Positions 24,294 to 37,289 of a stretch of DNA of 64,000 bases are shown here, one piece after another. The notes below the pieces were generated by a model. That model was not told the origin of the DNA. It did not search any database and saw only the letters and a program-made list of their open reading frames with translations. Every line of letters starts with the position of its first letter. Position 1 is the stretch's first letter. A program made the position numbers and the translations under genes. The DNA is from Macrostomum lignano (lineage: Eukaryota): NCBI GenBank assembly GCA_002269645.1, contig NIVC01002295.1:182627-246626 (forward strand), read 5' to 3'.

Positions 24294-27200
24294 CTGTCTG
24301 TCTGTCTGTCCGTCTGTCTGTCTGTCTGTGTGTCTGTCTGTCTGTCTGTCTGCTTTTGTTTGTCTAATTATCTTTTACTTCACTAAATTCTACCTGCACT
24401 CCATATTTAAAGGAATCCTGTCCCGTTGATTCGCGTGATATTTGTCTGAGTTCCTAAGCTTCATTATTAGTTGTTTCGTTTCCAAACGTGGCGTTCTTCC
24501 TGTGCAGGCGGTATAATTAGTTTTTCGCATAGAATGATGCTGAATTCTCCATTTTTTAATCAGAATTCGTATTTACTGATCTCTAAACGCGCGTATTTTT
24601 AGCCCAAGCTGTCATTGGCCTTCGTAACGGTAGGGCTGTGCGAACCAGCGCGCCAATTGCACTCTGTGTTGTTACCGTTTTCTGGATATATTTTACTCTG
24701 CCCGCCCCTATACCTATCTGCTGTGTGGGCACTGTTTATATTATTATCCGAAATTTCCTAATCAGACTACTTTCCGCCAACTAATTAGTAGCGCTAAAGA
24801 CATTTTTTTCAATTCTATCTTTAAAACTCTTAAAAAGCATAATTTCAGTAGCGGAAATGCACGACTGTCTTCAGTGTGTCTTAATTTGTTTTGTTAGAAT
24901 GGACTAGTTGATTCAGTTTTTTTCCTTTTGCGATGCTTCTACTACTACTTACTACTACTATTACTATCGCGAGTAGTTAGCACAGGTTAATTTGCTTAGG
25001 CTTAAGCTGCAACCGTTAAATTCTTGTTGTATTGCCAGTTATTATGTTAAATATGTTTTTGCACAGTTTATTTACTTGTCATGGTGTTGTTTGATGTCAG
25101 CAAATTTAAAAAGTTTGCATCTACTGGAAATACCACCCTGCTCCTATATTATTAGGTCGTATTTTGTCAAAATTGCTGCGTTACTATTAATGTAACAAAA
25201 TACTCCCATCTAATTAAATTACCATAAAAACGGAATCGCCCCTCAAAACTGCTATTTAGGAATCGCCCCTCAAAACTGCTATTTAGAAATCGCCCCTCAA
25301 AACTGCCATTTAGGAATCGCCCCTCAAAACTGCCATTTAGGAACCACCCCCAACTGCCATTTAGGAATCGCCCCTCAAAACTGCCAATTAGGAATGTCCC
25401 CTCAAAACTGTCAATTAGGAATCGCCCCTCAAAACTGCCATTTAGGAACCACCCCCAACTGCCATTTAGGAATCGCCCCTCAAAACTGCCAATTAGGAAT
25501 GTCCCCTCAAAACTGTCAATTAGGAATCGCCCCTCAAAACCGTCATTTAGGAATCGCCCCTCAAGACTGCCATTTAGAAATCGCCCCTCAAAACTGCCAT
25601 TTAGGAATCGCCCCTCAAAACTGTCATTTAGGAATCTCCCCTAAAGCCCCCGGTGGCCTATTTTACGCTTGTATGTCAGCCTGCAAAAGTGGTCTGTTTG
25701 CGGAGATGAAGAAAGGCCCTCAAGTTAGCTCAATGAACTAATTACTTACATGCACATCCCCGCCCCTCGCCCCTGCACTGTCAGAAGCGTCACCTGCTTG
25801 GCTTCAAATGCGAGAGTCGGGCAGCCGCCTCAGCTCTGTGGGCCTGGTCTCTCGAGCAGCAGATGTTCTATACGTGAGTTCCAGTTCTGCGGTTCATGAC
25901 TGCTCAATCAGTGTCTTGCAAATAAGGGTTTTAAGGTTTTCACAAACTTGGGGTTGAGACTTGAGCAACGAAATCATGGGATTATAGTAGCATTGGGTGA
26001 GATTTGAGCAAAATGGGATGAGATTTGAGAAATTTGTGCGTGAGATTTGAGCAATTTGTGAGTGAGAATTGAGCAATCTGTGTGTGAGATTTGAGCAACA
26101 TGGGATGAGATTTGAGCAACATGGGATGAGTTTAAGCAATTTGGTGAGATTTGAGCAACATGGGATGAGGTTTGAGCAACTGGGATGAGATTTGAGCAAT
26201 ATCGGATGAGATTCAAGTAATTTGTGAGTGAGATTTGAGCAATTTGTGGGTGAGATTTGAGCAGCATGGGATGAGATTTGAGCAATTTGTGAGTGAGAAT
26301 TGAGAAATTTGTAAGTGAGATTTGAGCAACATGGGATGAGATTTGAGCAATATGGGATGAGATTCAAGCAATTTGTGAGTGAGATTTGAGCAATTTGTGG
26401 GTGAGATTTGAGCAACATGGGATGAGATTTGAGCAATATGGGATGAGATTTGAGCAATTTGTAAGTGAGATTTGAGCAACATGGGATGAGGTTTGAGCAA
26501 CATGGGATGAGGTTTGAGCAGCATGGGATGAGATTTGAGCAATATGGGATGAGATTTGAGCAATTTGTAAGTGAGATTTGAGCAATTTGTGGGTGAGATT
26601 TGAGCAATTTTTGGGTGAGATTTGAGCAATTTGTGGGTGAGATATGAGCAATTTGTGGGTGAGATTTGAGCAATTTTTGGGTGAGATTTGAGCAATTTGT
26701 GGGTGAGATATGAGCAATTTGTGGGTGAGGTTTGAGCAATTTTCGGGTGAGATTTGAGCAATTTGTGGGTGAAATTTGAGAAATTTGTGAATGAGGTTTG
26801 AGCAACTTGTGAGAGTGATTTGAGCAACTTGTGAGTGAACTTTGAGCAATAGCATATAGCAATGCAAAAAATTATTGCTGTCATTTTCTCAGGCTTAACA
26901 AAGGCACGGAGGCCCGCGTAATGAAAGCCAAGGCCGGCTTGTTCAAGCAACGGCACAGCAGCTTCCGGTTCAGGTAAGAGAGAGATTATTTATGCTTTAT
27001 TGGCATATCTGTACTGGTAATCCTGCCCGTTGAAAACGATACCGTGACAAAGAATTGCTAAGTTGTTGCAAACAGCTCACTAGTGACTCTAGCGACTATG
27101 GGCGACTCTTGTGACTTTTTAACGACTCAAAACGCGTCTAATGCGACGGAGAGGTGACTGTTGCGACGCAAGCGCGTCACGCGAGTTATAGAATTGTGAA

Positions 27201-30200
27201 AGAGTCGCGATAGAGTTGTCCAAGAGTCTGTGCGTTGGCGCTTAACTTTTGCTAGAGAAATGTTATGAGAATGTTATAGAGAAATATGAGAAATGCCTAT
27301 GGTACAATGTCATTGATACACAATAGTCTATGGCCCCACACCCAGCCCTCACTCTCAAAGTGTAGCTCATTAAAAATGTCTATGGTACAATGTTATTGAC
27401 ACAATAGTCTATGGCCCCACACCCAGCCCTCACCCTCAAAGTGAGGCTTAGACAAAATGTCTATGGTACAATGTCATTGATACACAATAGTCTATGGCCC
27501 CACACCCAGCCCTCACTCTCAAAGTGTAGCTCATTAAAAATGTCTATGGTACAATGTTATTGACACAATAGTCTATGGCCCCACACCCAGCCCTCACCCT
27601 CAAAGTGAGGCTTAGACAAAATGTCTATGGTACAATGTCATTGATACACAATAGTCTATGGCCCCACACCCAGCCCTCACCCTCAAAGTGAGGCTTAGAC
27701 AAAATGTCTATGGTACAATGTCATTGATACACAATAGTCTATGGCCCCACACCCAGCCCTCACCCTCAAAGTGAGGCTTAGACAAAATGTCTATGGTACA
27801 ATGTCATTGATACACAATAGTCTATGGCCCCACACCCAACACTCACTCTCAAAGTGTAGCTCAGAAAAAATGTCTATGGTACTCAAATACGACTCTACGC
27901 GGGCCAGAATCGTCATACCGTCGCACTAGAGTCACTTGCGTCGCTTCATAGTTGTTTCAGAGTCGCAGATAATAAAACGCTTCAAATTGACTCTTACTTG
28001 TCAACGACTTTTTGACGATTTTTACCGTGTCATCTCGTAGTTCTCAGAGTCTTCTAGAGTCACTTTTTTCCTCTGTTTTTCAGCGGCCGCTCACAGAAGG
28101 AGCTGCTAAGCAACAGTGACTACTTTCTGAACATCAACCACACCGCGCCAGGCTTTGTTCGGTAAGGAACCAGCCAGATTTTAGATTTACGTGTATTTAT
28201 CAAGCTACCTAACCCGTGCCGTTGTTCGATTTCAGTGTTGTGCATTATTATCTATAATCTATCCAAATAATAGATGTTTTACAATGTTTTCATTATTTGC
28301 TAGTTGCTGTCTGTTGAACTCTTAATAGTGCTAGTCTTATGCTGCAATGACATTCCTCATTTCTTCCCATCCCCATTTCTTCCCATTTTCCCCATGATGT
28401 CCCATCTTCCCCATTTTCCCATTTTCCCCGTATCTTCCCATCTTTCCCGTTTTTTCATCACCGCCCTCCCCAAATTTCCTCCATCCCTAAACATTCGCCC
28501 CTCCCAGTCTCCGAACCCGCCAGAGAGCTCCGCCCTAACCCGCATGCCGCCGCCCGCCTCTTTGCCGCACGCGCAGACTGCAGCGCGCCCAAAGTTCGCG
28601 CAATTCTCCCAGAATTCGCCGCCTTCGCTCGGTGCGCTCGCCCTCGCTAAGCGACGGCAGCGATGGCGAAGAGTTTTCCAGTCTCAGGTAAAAGGCAATC
28701 AATCAATCAATACGGAGAGATACCAATTAAACCGAAAACTGGGTATACTCAAATTAGCGCTAACACATTAACAATCATATAATGCTCAAAATGAAAACCT
28801 ATGCGACATTCAGATTGACCGTTTGTTTAGTCAGACTTTTTCATTTGTGATAACTTCCGGCGCTTAACATCTAAAACTATAATATTAGGTGTGCTTACTT
28901 AGTGAACTATTTTCAGATGCTAACTGTTCACATATTTAATAACTGCGTATATTGTATAAAAATAGTTTATTAATTTATTGATCAATTCTTCTATTTAATT
29001 GACAAAAGATTTATTCTGTAAATTGAGTCTCAAACTAATAGGTTTCACTAGAGAAAATTGATTTTTATCATCTTTAATAACCTTAGCTGGACTTTCTTGC
29101 CAACAGAATTACATCTGACAGTTCATGGATTGTACATTTGACTGTATTTACATCTGACTGTTCATGGAATGTACATTTGACTGTTCATGCAATGTACATC
29201 TGACTGTTTACGGAATGTACATCTGACTGTTCATGCAATGTACATCTGACTGTTTATGGAATGTACATTTGACTGTTCATGCAATGTACATCTGACTGTT
29301 CATGGAATGTACATCTGACTGTTCATGGAATGTACATTTGACTGTTCATGCAATGTACATCTGACTGTTTACGGAATGTACATCTGACTGTTCATGCAAT
29401 GTACATCTGACTGTTCATGGAATGTACATTTGACTGTTTATAAAATGTACATCTGACTGTTCATGCAATGTACGTTTGATTATTCATAAAATGTACATCT
29501 GAATTTCACAGATGTACATCTGACTTTCGTAGATGTACATCTGACTGTTCATGGGATGTACATTTGGATGCAAATTAAAATTTGAAAACAACTTCTGTTC
29601 TGTTCAAGTTTTCTCTCCGCTATAAATTTTGTACCTAATGAACATATACTATGATCGTATTTTAATGACCGAGATCACAGAAGCAGCTAGCAAATTATCT
29701 CATATTTAATATTGTTTTTATTCGTGTACTAATAGTATTGATAATTACGCTAGGCGCGCAAATTGGTTTTAAAATCTGTTGAGGCGATAATTGCATCAGA
29801 TAAGAGCGCACGGGCTTTGTGCTTGAAAGGAAAACCGCCGACCCCCTTTCCCCCTCCGCCCGGGCAGCCACAGCCGCCGGGAGCAGGCCCAGGCTGACGG
29901 TCGCGGGCAGACCGACTCGCGCTATGCCACTTTTCCTCGGCGCTCGAAACCCGACGGCGCCGGCGACGCCTCGACGTCAACGCCGCGACGAACTCCGTTA
30001 GACGACGGAGCTGTTGGAGGTGCCGCAGCCGCCTCCGGCGATGACAGCGTCGTCCTGGTGCACGATATCGACCGGGTGTCGCGCGGCGGCGATCTGGAGA
30101 GCGGCATCGAGAACACCATCGCCGAGGAGGCCGAGGCTGAGGCCGAAGCCGAAGCTGCAGCTGCTGACGATGCGTTCAGGGATAAGGATGTGAGAATACA

Positions 30201-31306
30201 CTGGGGAATTGGGGAAATTGGGGACGGAGATTGTGGGATGGGACGGAGATTGTGGGATGGGGCGGAGATTGTGGGATGGGAGCGGAGATTGGCGGATGGG
30301 AGCGGAGATTGGGGGATGGGGGCGGAGATTGGCGGATGGGAGCGGAGATTGGGGGATGGGGGCGGAGGTCGTGAGATGGGAGCGGAGATTGGCGGATGGG
30401 AGCGGAGATGGGCGGATGGGAGCGGAGATTGGGGGATGGGAGCGGAGATTGGCGGATGGGAGCGGAGATTGGGGGATGGGGGCGGAGGTCGTGAGATGGG
30501 AGCGGAGATTGGCGGATGGGAGCGGAGATGGGCGGATGGGAGCGGAGATGGGCGGATGGGAGCGGAGATTGGGGGATGGGAGCGGAGATTGGCGGATGGG
30601 AGCGGAGATTGGGGGATGGGGGCGGAGGTCATGAGATGGGAGCGGAGATTGGCGGATGGGAGCGGAGATGGGCGGATGGGAGCGGAGATTGGGGGATGCA
30701 GCGGAGATTGGGGGATGGGAGATTTTGGGATGGGGCGGAGATTGGGCGGATGGGGGCGGAGATTGGCGGATGGGAGCGGAGGTTGTAGGATGGGGCGGAG
30801 ATCGGGGGATGTGGGCGGTTACAGGACAGCAAAGCAACGCTTATCCATCATCCGATATGTTGCGATTTCCCATTTCCTGTCCCCAGGTGGACAGCGGCGT
30901 AGCCGAGGAGACAATCGTGTCCACAGCCGCCGCGGTCCTCCCCAACAATCACGACGGCGAGGCGGACGAAGCGTTCAGCGAGTTGGACAAGGTGCTTGAC
31001 CAGGTGGACGGCCAAGCGCAGGCCGGCGGTGACAAAACCGACCGGCTGGCGGACAAAACGGCGGTACAGCGGCCGCCATCTCGGTCCCGGTGCCCGCGCC
31101 TGCGCGCCCTCTTCCTGCTGAGCGTCGGCTTCTCCCTGCTGGCCGTGCTGGGCGCAGTGGTTCTGTTCGAGCTCGGCGAGCCGCCCGAGCCGCTGCGCTG
31201 GTTGCGCAGCCATCCCGTTGCGCACGACGTGCACGAGCGCTTCTACGCGCCTGCTAGGGCGCGCCTGATGGAAATTGGCGCCTCGGCTGTCGCGAGGCTG
31301 CGCTAA
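17476..31306 (+). CDS. FERM-FA domain protein with C-terminal transmembrane helix (FRMD5/FRMD3-like); exons 17476-17595, 17771-17878, 18171-18213, 18302-18383, 18464-18564, 19578-19704, 20381-20468, 20849-20937, 21524-21590, 25785-25873, 26893-26973, 28084-28161, 28577-28687, 29868-30189, 30887-31306
   Basis: All splice phases are compatible (1926 nt, 641 aa). FERM motifs [60 protein letters not shown] and [14 protein letters not shown]; FA motif [12 protein letters not shown]; C-terminal hydrophobic helix [20 protein letters not shown] followed by [19 protein letters not shown]. Orthology to FRMD5 versus FRMD3 is not resolved. Confidence 0.9.
17907..18130. repeat. 28-bp minisatellite, about 8 copies (FERM intron 2)
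   Basis: Unit CCAGATCCTCAGTTTCTAGGCCAGCCTC. Confidence 0.92.
18663..19511. repeat. 37-bp minisatellite, about 23 copies (FERM intron 5)
   Basis: Unit GAGCAGTTGGGAATACTATAGCTGACATTGTGTATTT. Confidence 0.95.
19760..20316. repeat. 31/32-bp minisatellite, about 17 copies (FERM intron 6)
   Basis: Unit CTGAGCCAGTGTCTGAAATCTCCCCC(C)TGAAA. Confidence 0.93.
20990..21440. repeat. Degenerate (TTGA)n low-complexity tract (FERM intron 8)
   Basis: Runs of GATTGATT interspersed with TTAGTTT. Confidence 0.8.
21913..21945 (+). CDS. Candidate 33-nt phase-0/0 microexon of the FERM gene ([11 protein letters not shown])
   Basis: Flanked by cttttaacctgaccAG and AAG|GTAAAA. It is stop-free and frame-preserving between exons 21524-21590 and 25785-25873. 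Confidence 0.5.
22381..23043. repeat. 83-bp satellite, 8 copies (FERM intron 9)
   Basis: CCCCACAC recurs at 22381, 22464, 22547 and onward. Confidence 0.95.
23875..24352. repeat. Degenerate 12-bp (GTATTAGTGTCT)n followed by (TGTC)n microsatellite
   Basis: Directly visible; the switch occurs at about 24073. Confidence 0.9.
25232..25642. repeat. 27-bp minisatellite, about 15 copies, with a 24-bp variant forming a 105-bp higher-order unit
   Basis: Unit AGGAATCGCCCCTCAAAACTGCCATTT; variant AGGAACCACCCCCAACTGCCATTT at 25339 and 25444. Confidence 0.9.
25995..26850. repeat. Mixed 21/22-bp minisatellite, about 40 copies (FERM intron 10)
   Basis: Units GAGATTTGAGCAACATGGGAT and GAGATTTGAGCAATTTGTGGGT. 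Confidence 0.92.
27291..27881. repeat. Second array of the 83-bp satellite (81/83-bp units, about 7 copies; FERM intron 11)
   Basis: Same unit and orientation as 22381-23043. Confidence 0.95.
29110..29565. repeat. 23-bp minisatellite, about 20 copies (FERM intron 13)
   Basis: Unit GTACATCTGACTGTTCATGGAAT. Confidence 0.92.
30225..30810. repeat. G-rich 20-bp minisatellite, about 29 copies (FERM intron 14)
   Basis: Unit GGGAGCGGAGATTGGCGGAT and GGGGGATGGG variants. Confidence 0.92.
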
Positions 31307-31477
31307 ATTAATTTGTGGGCGATTCTAAGCTCAGATTAGTGGGGAATAACTTCGCAACTTTTTGGGATCAAAAGTACTGTGGATAGAACTATAACGTGTG
31401 AATATGATTCTTCGTGTTTCAAAAATAATATAAAAAAGGAAAAATGTGAAAAGAAAGGCTATAGTGAGTCTCCGTCC

Positions 31478-31790
31478 CCTAAACCTCCGCCTCTAAACCT
31501 CCGCCCTTAAACCTCCGCCCTTAAACCTCCGCCCTTAAACATCCACCCTTAAACCTCCGCCCTTAAACCTTCACCCTTAAACCTCTGCCCTTAAACCTCT
31601 GCCCTTAAACCTCCACCCTTAAACCTCCGCCCTTAAACCTCCGCCCCTAAACCTCCGCCCCTAAACCTCCGCCCTTAAACCTCCTCCCTTAAACCTCCGC
31701 CCTTAAAGCTCCACCCTTCAACCTCCATCCTCAAACTTCCGCCCCTAAACCTCCGCCCTTAAACTTCCGCCCTTAAACCTCCGCCCTAAA
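31478..31790. repeat. 14-bp C-rich minisatellite, about 22 copies
   Basis: Unit CCCTTAAACCTCCG. Confidence 0.9.
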
Positions 31791-32487
31791 CCTTAAATTA
31801 CTTTAAATTCGGTAGATGATGGACAGTCAGCATCGCACAGACAAACCATATTTGCGTTTCCCTCTATACCCAGTTCCAGTTCTGTTAGTTCTGTTTTTTT
31901 CTAAGCTGTGTAATTTCCCGCTGATACATTGTTGTGTATTTCACGTGACACTAATATCTATATTTATACATAAATATAGTTTTTTGAGCACCGTTCTTCG
32001 TGATTCATTCTATATTCATGTGTACTGAGCCCTGCACCTCCGGATTAACTTTTTCAACGCTTATTCCAGACCGAACATTGTCAAGCTTTACGGAACAAAT
32101 CAATGGATTCTTTTTTAAATGTTGACCGACATTGTTTCTTTTACTTTGTGCTTATTTATATCGAATACTTGAGTTATGTTGTGTTCGCGCATTCCCTATA
32201 GTTGCTGTTGATTTGATTTTGTGTCGCATGCCTCCGCTAGCTGTCTATGGTCAAAAGTGGTGCAGTAACTAAGAGCAGATATTCTAAATTTACCTAGGTC
32301 TCCGAGACCCCGAATAACCCCGGGGGTTAGGGCCACAGACACCAGCTGCTTCTGCTAATGCTTGAGAGCAGCAGGAGCTATAGTCTATGGTCAAAACCCT
32401 GGGGTTTTCACGCTGCGGCCAGGCGGCTGGACTATAACGTTTGACATAGACATATTTGCTGTCTATGGTCAAAAGCTACGCAGTTCG

Positions 32488-32705
<218 letters not shown>

Positions 32706-33892
32706 ATAAGCAGCTCAGAAGTAACACTCCCTTGATAACCCTCGTATTTATTCAAGTACTGTTTCCACCTTGACTCTCTTATATCAATGTTGTTGACTTT
32801 GACGTTTTGTTCACCTTAGCCTAGCCTTTAATGTTAGCAGACTAATAGTGGGTATATAGAGAGATCTCCTTGGCTAATTATCTATGACCACAAAACTGCT
32901 GGTTGGCCTTCTAGCGCACTCCTGATGCTGATTCAACACCTGTTGGCTAATATACAAGATCGTTACAGAAATTATTTACCGCTTTTTTAAATATAATTTT
33001 TGTGATTTTTTCACCCACACGCTCAGGCAGTGTGTGACCAAAAATGAGATCTAATGGTATATGCAAGGTAGATTAGTTGTGTACTTTTGATTGATAGATT
33101 TTTCTTTTGTCCTTTGTTGTGTCCAATACAAAAATATAAGAATATCTGTCATATTTCATTTATTTATTTCAATTTTTATACATTATAGATGTTGTCTCTC
33201 TATTTTGCGTTTGGCTATCAGTCTTTGTGCGTGTGCGAAACATATGCAGCTAACTGGGTTCTCGCTCGGCTTTAAACAGTCTTTATCTCTGCGAAGCGAC
33301 TGTGTGTTTTTCCTACAAAGATACCTGCACGTGAGGCTGACCCAGTCCTCGAATCATATACTAGTATGCTGTTCCTAACACACTACTGTTGTTAGTAGCT
33401 TTTCCTGTATGTTCACTGCCGCCGCCATTTTTTAGTTTTTTATTATATTTCTGTCTGTCTGTCTCTGTCTGTCTGTCTGTCTGTCCATCTTTTATTATTT
33501 ATTAATTTGTGACAACTGGAGTCTGTAATAGTAAGTGTTTACTCTAGTATGAATAGTGCTTAGCTTGAATATTTGAAATTTGAGCAGAGTTGAAATTCAA
33601 TATTGAAATCCATGCTCCGCTCGATCAGCCTGATTCGTCAATCATTTTATTGTAACTGTGCCGCATATAGCTAACAAAAATATATATTCCAGCTGGTGTT
33701 TCTTGCGCGAACTAAAAAATTTAATTTGCCATCGCTTTGTCTCACTGCTTTATAAATAAATACATATACTTATACTATACTGTTTAATGTTCTCTGTCAG
33801 CTCTCTTGCGGCATACCGCTGTCCAGTCCAAGCCTGGGTTATTTGCCTAAACAGTGCGCTTGAATATTAGCTGTTTTTTCATGTCCACTGTC

Positions 33893-34506
33893 AAGCTCAG
33901 TTGAGAATAGAAAGCAGCTCAGGTGAGCATAGAAAGCAGCTCAGTTGAGAATAGAAAGCAGCTCAGTTGAGAATAGAAAGCAGCTCAGGTGAGAATAGAA
34001 AACAGCTCAGTTGAGAATAGAAAACAGTTCAGTTGAGAATAGAAAACAGCTCAGTTGAGATTAGAAAACAGCTCAGTTGAGAATAGAAAACAGCTCAGTT
34101 GAGAATAGAAAACAGCTCAGTTGAGAATAGAAAACAGTTCAGTTGAGAATAGAAAACAGCTCAGTTGAGAATAGAAAACAGCTCAGTTGAGAATAGAAAA
34201 CAGCTCAGTTGAGATTAGAAAACAGTTCAGTTGAGATTAGAAAACAGCTCAGTTGAGATTAGAAAACAGCTCAGTTGAGAATAGAAAGCAGCTCAGTTGA
34301 GAATAGAAAACAGTTCAGGTGAGAATAGAAAGCAGTTCAGGTGAGGATAGAAAACAGTTCAGTTGAGAATAGAAAGCAGCTCAGTTGAGATTAGAAAGCA
34401 GTTCAGGTGAGGATAGAAAACAGCTCAGTTGAGATTAGAAAGCAGCTCAGTTGAGAATAGAAAGCAGCTCAGTTGAGAATAGAAAGCAGTTCAGGTGAGG
34501 ATAGAA
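33893..34506. repeat. 22-bp minisatellite, about 28 copies
   Basis: Unit GCAGCTCAGTTGAGAATAGAAA. Confidence 0.94.
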
Positions 34507-35041
34507 CTTGGCAATTCTTGAATCCGGCTCTCACCGTGTTTTTCTCATTAAAGTCACTATGATGCGCGCGACAAAAAAATCGTGACAATTATTTAATAGT
34601 CGCTGATGACTCACGTGTTCATCCAGAAAAGTCTGCTCCGCACGACCTGAGCTTTCGGAATTGACGCGAGTTGTTTTGGTTGATGAAGCGTCAGCTTTGA
34701 AGAAAACAAACTCTGCATTTTGTGTCCAGAGCAATAAAACTGAAAGCATTAGAATTTTCTTTTGCACTGTGTGGAGAGGAAACCGGGTGTTGGGTCCACA
34801 ATTTGGGACAGTGGCAGAAGTACGCGAGAGGGTTAACTATGCTAATTTCTATTCAAATTAGTTAGATAGAGCCATTTACTCAATCTACAGATGTAAGCTG
34901 TAAGGTCTATTGTTAGACTGTGCCATGTAGATAGTAAATGCTGGGCTTTATGGCAGACTGCCATGTGTACCTGCCAAATCACAGAGCTGGTAAGTTCGTT
35001 TTGTAGATGGCCTGCTGGTACATGTAACAGTCTTGTAGGTG

Positions 35042-35596
35042 GATAATATTAGACAGTCCGGTAGGTAGATAATATTAGACAGTCCGGTAGGTAGATAATA
35101 TTAGACAGTCCGGTAGGTAGATAATATTAGACAGTCCGGTAGGTAGATAATATTAGACAGTCCGGTAGGTAGATAATATTAGACAGTCCGGTAGGTAGAT
35201 AATATTAGACAGTCCGGTAGGTAGATAATATTAGACAGTCCGGTAGGTAGATAATATTAGACAGTCCGGTAGGTAGATAATATTAGACAGTCCGGTAGGT
35301 AGATAATATTAGACAGTCCGGTAGGTAGATAATATTAGACAGTCCGGTAGGTAGATAATATCATAGAGGGGTTCCAGCTACAGAGGGGCGCCAGCTACTG
35401 AGGGGGGCTCCAGCTACAGAAGGGGGCGCCAGCTACAGAGGGGCGCCAGCTACAGAGGGGCGCCAGCTACAGAAGGGGGCGCCAGCTACAGAGGGGCGCC
35501 AGCTATACAGAAGGGGGCGCCAGCTACAGAGGGGCGCCAGCTACAGAGGGGGCGCCAGCTACAGAGGGGCGCCAGCTACAGAGGGGCGCCAGCTAC
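35042..35596. repeat. Two adjacent arrays: 26-bp x about 12 (35042-35361) and 17-19-bp x about 13 (35371-35596)
   Basis: Units GATAATATTAGACAGTCCGGTAGGTA and CCAGCTACAGAGGGGCG. Confidence 0.93.
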
Positions 35597-37289
35597 ATAA
35601 GGCCATTCTGCAGAGAACCGTGCAACTGCTGCAGGATGCTGGCTGCAACGAGCTGCTGATGCTGATCCGTGAGGGCATACAAATCTTACCGCTTTTAAAA
35701 TAAAGAGCAAAGTTCATAATTGTCTTTCAATATGAATTCACCAATGTCTGGCAACGAAGGTCAATAGATTTGCCCTCAGAGCTTACTCATTCCATGCAAG
35801 TCATTACTGTGCTCATGTATGCACACAATTTAGGGTGCAAACCGTTTCAATTCATGCTTTAAATGCAGGTAGATTGACAGGTTAGGATTGAGCAGGCGTC
35901 CCCAACCACCTGAGAACAATTGCCGTCAGGATGATGATGTTTGCTATAGCTGTGCCGGATTCCCAGCTCAAGCCAATTCAAATATTATAGCCGGCCAGTC
36001 TGCACGGCCCGGGTTGAGATTGATTGAACAGCACCAGTAATAATAAATCACCCTGCTTAGCCGGGTCAGCGCTCTTCCTACTCGCTATTCTCGCTCGTTC
36101 GGCCCACTCTTGAAGCTCGCATTACAAGCACTGTTAGACTGACTGAGTCCCCGCAGCTGCCTGATCAAACAGCGTTAGCTAAATAGGATTAACTCTGCGG
36201 CGAGGGGGGACACCGCTCAGCACTGCAGTCGTATATGTCCGCGGCTATAGGTTACCGCTGCTTAACTTATTTGCCCATCTCCCCGATGTCGCGGGGCCGT
36301 TCTCAAATTCCCATCAGACAGACGGGGCAGGCAGCCCGGCGTTCCTCTTGTTCCGTGAGGCAAGCTCTACCCCAGATATAAGCTAATTCCCAACCCATCC
36401 TGTATTGCATTCTCGAGATACAAGAATTGCCGGAGACCTCACCTATCAGCCTCCCCTCTCCCTCCCACCATCTCTCCCATCCCATATCCCCCCTGGAGAC
36501 TCTGAAAGAAGAAAAAATCGATTCCAATGGTGTCGCGTTTTCAGCAGCAGCAGCTCGAGCGAGATGAGGGAGGGAATTTCAAAGTGCAGGCAAACCTGGG
36601 GCAGCTGGCAACTTACTATGAACAAGAATTGCTGGTTTTGAGCCGGGGGCAGCCTGCTAGCAGCGGTTGCCAACCGGAGATGAATTTGGTTCTTCCGCTG
36701 GTACAAACTGACATGCTGTGCTCTCTTGCATTCTGGACCAGGTGTCCCTGCCGCCACTGCATTTGCCCCGCAACTGGCCCTCCGCCTCCCTTCCTCACTG
36801 CCTCCCTCCTTTCCTTCCTTCCTGAAGTCTTTTGTTTTTCAAGCCAAACCGTGCCGGCTCAGACAAAAGTGCAGCGTGAACTATTAGCAACCAGTACGAA
36901 CCAGTTGTTTGCATTTTAACTACTTGTACCTGGCTAAATTCAAATTTATATTTCTACTAATGATAAACTATGAGGCGTTACCTCAGTGCATGCAGGATGA
37001 GAGTGCAGTGGGAGCGTGGACAGTATGGAGCCTCATTAGGAGGCCTATAGCTAGCTAAGCATTGCAGTGGATTACAGGTAGGTACGTCTGTGGACTTTTT
37101 GTCGGAGTAAAACGCTGGACAAAGGAAAGGATTAATATTAGTCACGGTTTAGTAAAAAGTGTTGCACAACAGAAAGAGGCTACAAGTATATATAATTATA
37201 ATAGAATGTACTCTGACTGTGTAACGCATGGAATAAACACTGTCAGTAGCAGTAGTATGCAGCAGTAGTATTCAAATACTTCTCGATCA

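Noticed and set aside
28508-28576. Upstream acceptors (28507, 28523) for FERM exon 13
   Set aside because: They hit stop codons in the required phase. The acceptor at 28576 has a CTAAC branch point and keeps the frame.
31478-31790. Telomere-like CCCTAAA motifs
   Set aside because: The unit is a 14-mer (CCCTTAAACCTCCG); CCCTAAA appears only as an occasional variant.
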